A stretch of DNA of 17,693 nt from a candidate division WOR-3 bacterium (GTDB lineage Bacteria > Hydrothermota > Hydrothermia > Hydrothermales > Hydrothermaceae): NCBI GenBank assembly GCA_039803745.1, contig JBDRZD010000040.1, positions 1 through 17,693 of the forward strand, read 5' to 3'. The first letter of the stretch is position 1; each line of letters opens with the position of its first letter. This document shows, piece after piece, positions 16,477-17,693 of this stretch. A model generated the notes under the pieces. It was not told the origin of the DNA. It saw only the letters and a list, made by a program, of their open reading frames with translations, and made no database searches. A program made the translations under genes and the position numbers.

Positions 16477-17693
16477 AATTTTCAAAGTAGGTGGTTCAAT
16501 GCTTGAAAAACCCGATGATTTTTTAAAAATAGCAAGAGGTATTATTGAAAATTATAAAAAATTTAATATTTTTATAATAACCTCTGCAATGAAAGGGAAA
16601 ACTGATACTCTTATTGATTTATTCAAAAAAACTGTGCCAAAGCCAGATTTCTGGGAATTTGAAAAATTCATCCCTCTTGGAGAAATTGAATCCTCTATTT
16701 TATTTGAATCAATTTTTAGATATTTAAAAATTCCTGCAAAATCTATTTTGCCTTGGAATAAAGAATGGTTTATATATATAAAACCTGTTTTTAAAAAAAT
16801 TTTTTCAGAAAAAGGAGTAAATGAAAAAAGAGATTTTAAAATTCTTGAAAAGAGTAAAAATAAAGTTAAAAAATACATATTGCCAATTTTAAAAAAATAT
16901 AAAGTTATAGTGGTACCAGGATTCATTGCAAAGGATGGAAAAGGAAGAATATTAACACTTGGTAGAGGGGGAAGTGATATATCTGCTATATTAGTTGCAG
17001 AACTTCTTGGTATAAAAGAAGTGATATTTTTTAAAGATGCAGGTGGAATAATGAGTGCTGATCCAAAAATTTTCAAAAAAGTTAAAAGAATAAGATACTT
17101 GGAGGCATCAAAACTTGCCCTTTTAGCATCCTCAGGAGCAAGGGTATTAAATCCTATTGCACTCAAATATGTAAAAAATATTAAAAAAATAAAGGTTACT
17201 TCAATTGATTCAAAAAAAGGAACAAGTGTAAAGTTTGAAGAAGATATAAAATTATATTTAGAAGAAAATACTTTATCTGTTTTAACATTTGTAGGTGAGA
17301 AACTTCCCCAAACCCCGGGGATTTTATTTAAAATTTCAAAAATTTTATTTGAAAATAATATATCAATTTATTCAGTAACAGTTTCTGATGATATCTTGTC
17401 AATATACTTAAAAGAGGATGAAGCAGAAAAGGGATATAAGATGTTATATTCCCTTTTAAAAGAAATAGAAAATTTAAAAATATTAAATTTGAAAAAGGGA
17501 ATAAGAAAGATTGTTATAAGAAGTTTAAGATTTATAAATGAACCTGGTATTATTAAAAAAATTGTAACACCAATTGCAAAAGAAGGAATAAATATATGGG
17601 AAATTTTAACAGTTCATACAGATATTATGATTTTTGTTGAAAAAGAAGATGCTTTAAAAACTTTTGAAATTTTAAAAAATTTATTTAAAGGAG
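16463..17693 (+). CDS. lysC: Aspartate kinase with two ACT domains; 3' end runs just off the window
   Basis: Not in the ORF track; translated by hand: MRNIKIFKVGGS...TSAMKGKTD.L...GEIES...VVPGFIA....LTLGRGGSDISA...KDAGGIMSADP...SGARVLNP...VGEKLPQTPGIL...INEPGII. It overlaps the lysA end by 14 bp and stays open to the window end. Confidence 0.92.
   Translation, partial: MRNIKIFKVGGSMLEKPDDFLKIARGIIENYKKFNIFIITSAMKGKTDTLIDLFKKTVPKPDFWEFEKFIPLGEIESSILFESIFRYLKIPAKSILPWNKEWFIYIKPVFKKIFSEKGVNEKRDFKILEKSKNKVKKYILPILKKYKVIVVPGFIAKDGKGRILTLGRGGSDISAILVAELLGIKEVIFFKDAGGIMSADPKIFKKVKRIRYLEASKLALLASSGARVLNPIALKYVKNIKKIKVTSIDSKKGTSVKFEEDIKLYLEENTLSVLTFVGEKLPQTPGILFKISKILFENNISIYSVTVSDDILSIYLKEDEAEKGYKMLYSLLKEIENLKILNLKKGIRKIVIRSLRFINEPGIIKKIVTPIAKEGINIWEILTVHTDIMIFVEKEDALKTFEILKNLFKG

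Noticed and set aside
16552..17166. 204-aa minus-strand ORF from the track
   Set aside because: It is the antisense shadow of the aspartate kinase gene on the plus strand, which carries clear family motifs.
1..17693. CRISPR arrays, tRNA/rRNA genes, IS elements, prophage or defence genes
   Set aside because: The window is almost fully coding, the largest gap is 113 bp, and I found no spaced direct repeats, structured GC-rich RNA, or transposase/integrase motifs.

Overview
This is a very AT-rich, gene-dense bacterial chromosomal window of mostly housekeeping genes. The Lys/Glu/Ile-rich proteins suggest a thermophile, but the lineage cannot be determined from the sequence. Transcription units are: (-) hslV, cheW-like, uppP, folC, GT4 glycosyltransferase (runs off the left edge); (+) gmk, purB, membrane GAF-GGDEF cyclase, pilD; (-) a 146-aa hypothetical; (+) DUF4321-like, ispDF; (-) a FadF/HdrD-like membrane Fe-S oxidoreductase, then split transketolase and a divergent RecJ-like DHH protein; (+) lysA, aspartate kinase (runs off the right edge). 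The GT4 and aspartate kinase are missing from the ORF track and were translated by hand. No CRISPR array, RNA gene or mobile element is evident. The main observations are four. (1) All seven unit starts share a sigma70-like promoter with an 18-bp spacer and an ATG 6-13 nt after the -10 box, implying leaderless or near-leaderless mRNAs. (2) At lysA that first ATG opens a Lys-rich 31-codon out-of-frame uORF with A_AAA_AAA and G_AAA_AAA sites whose -1 frame is lysA, a candidate lysine-sensing translational switch (speculative). (3) A degenerate orphan CheW sits where hslU usually follows hslV. (4) The aspartate kinase looks archaeal-type.
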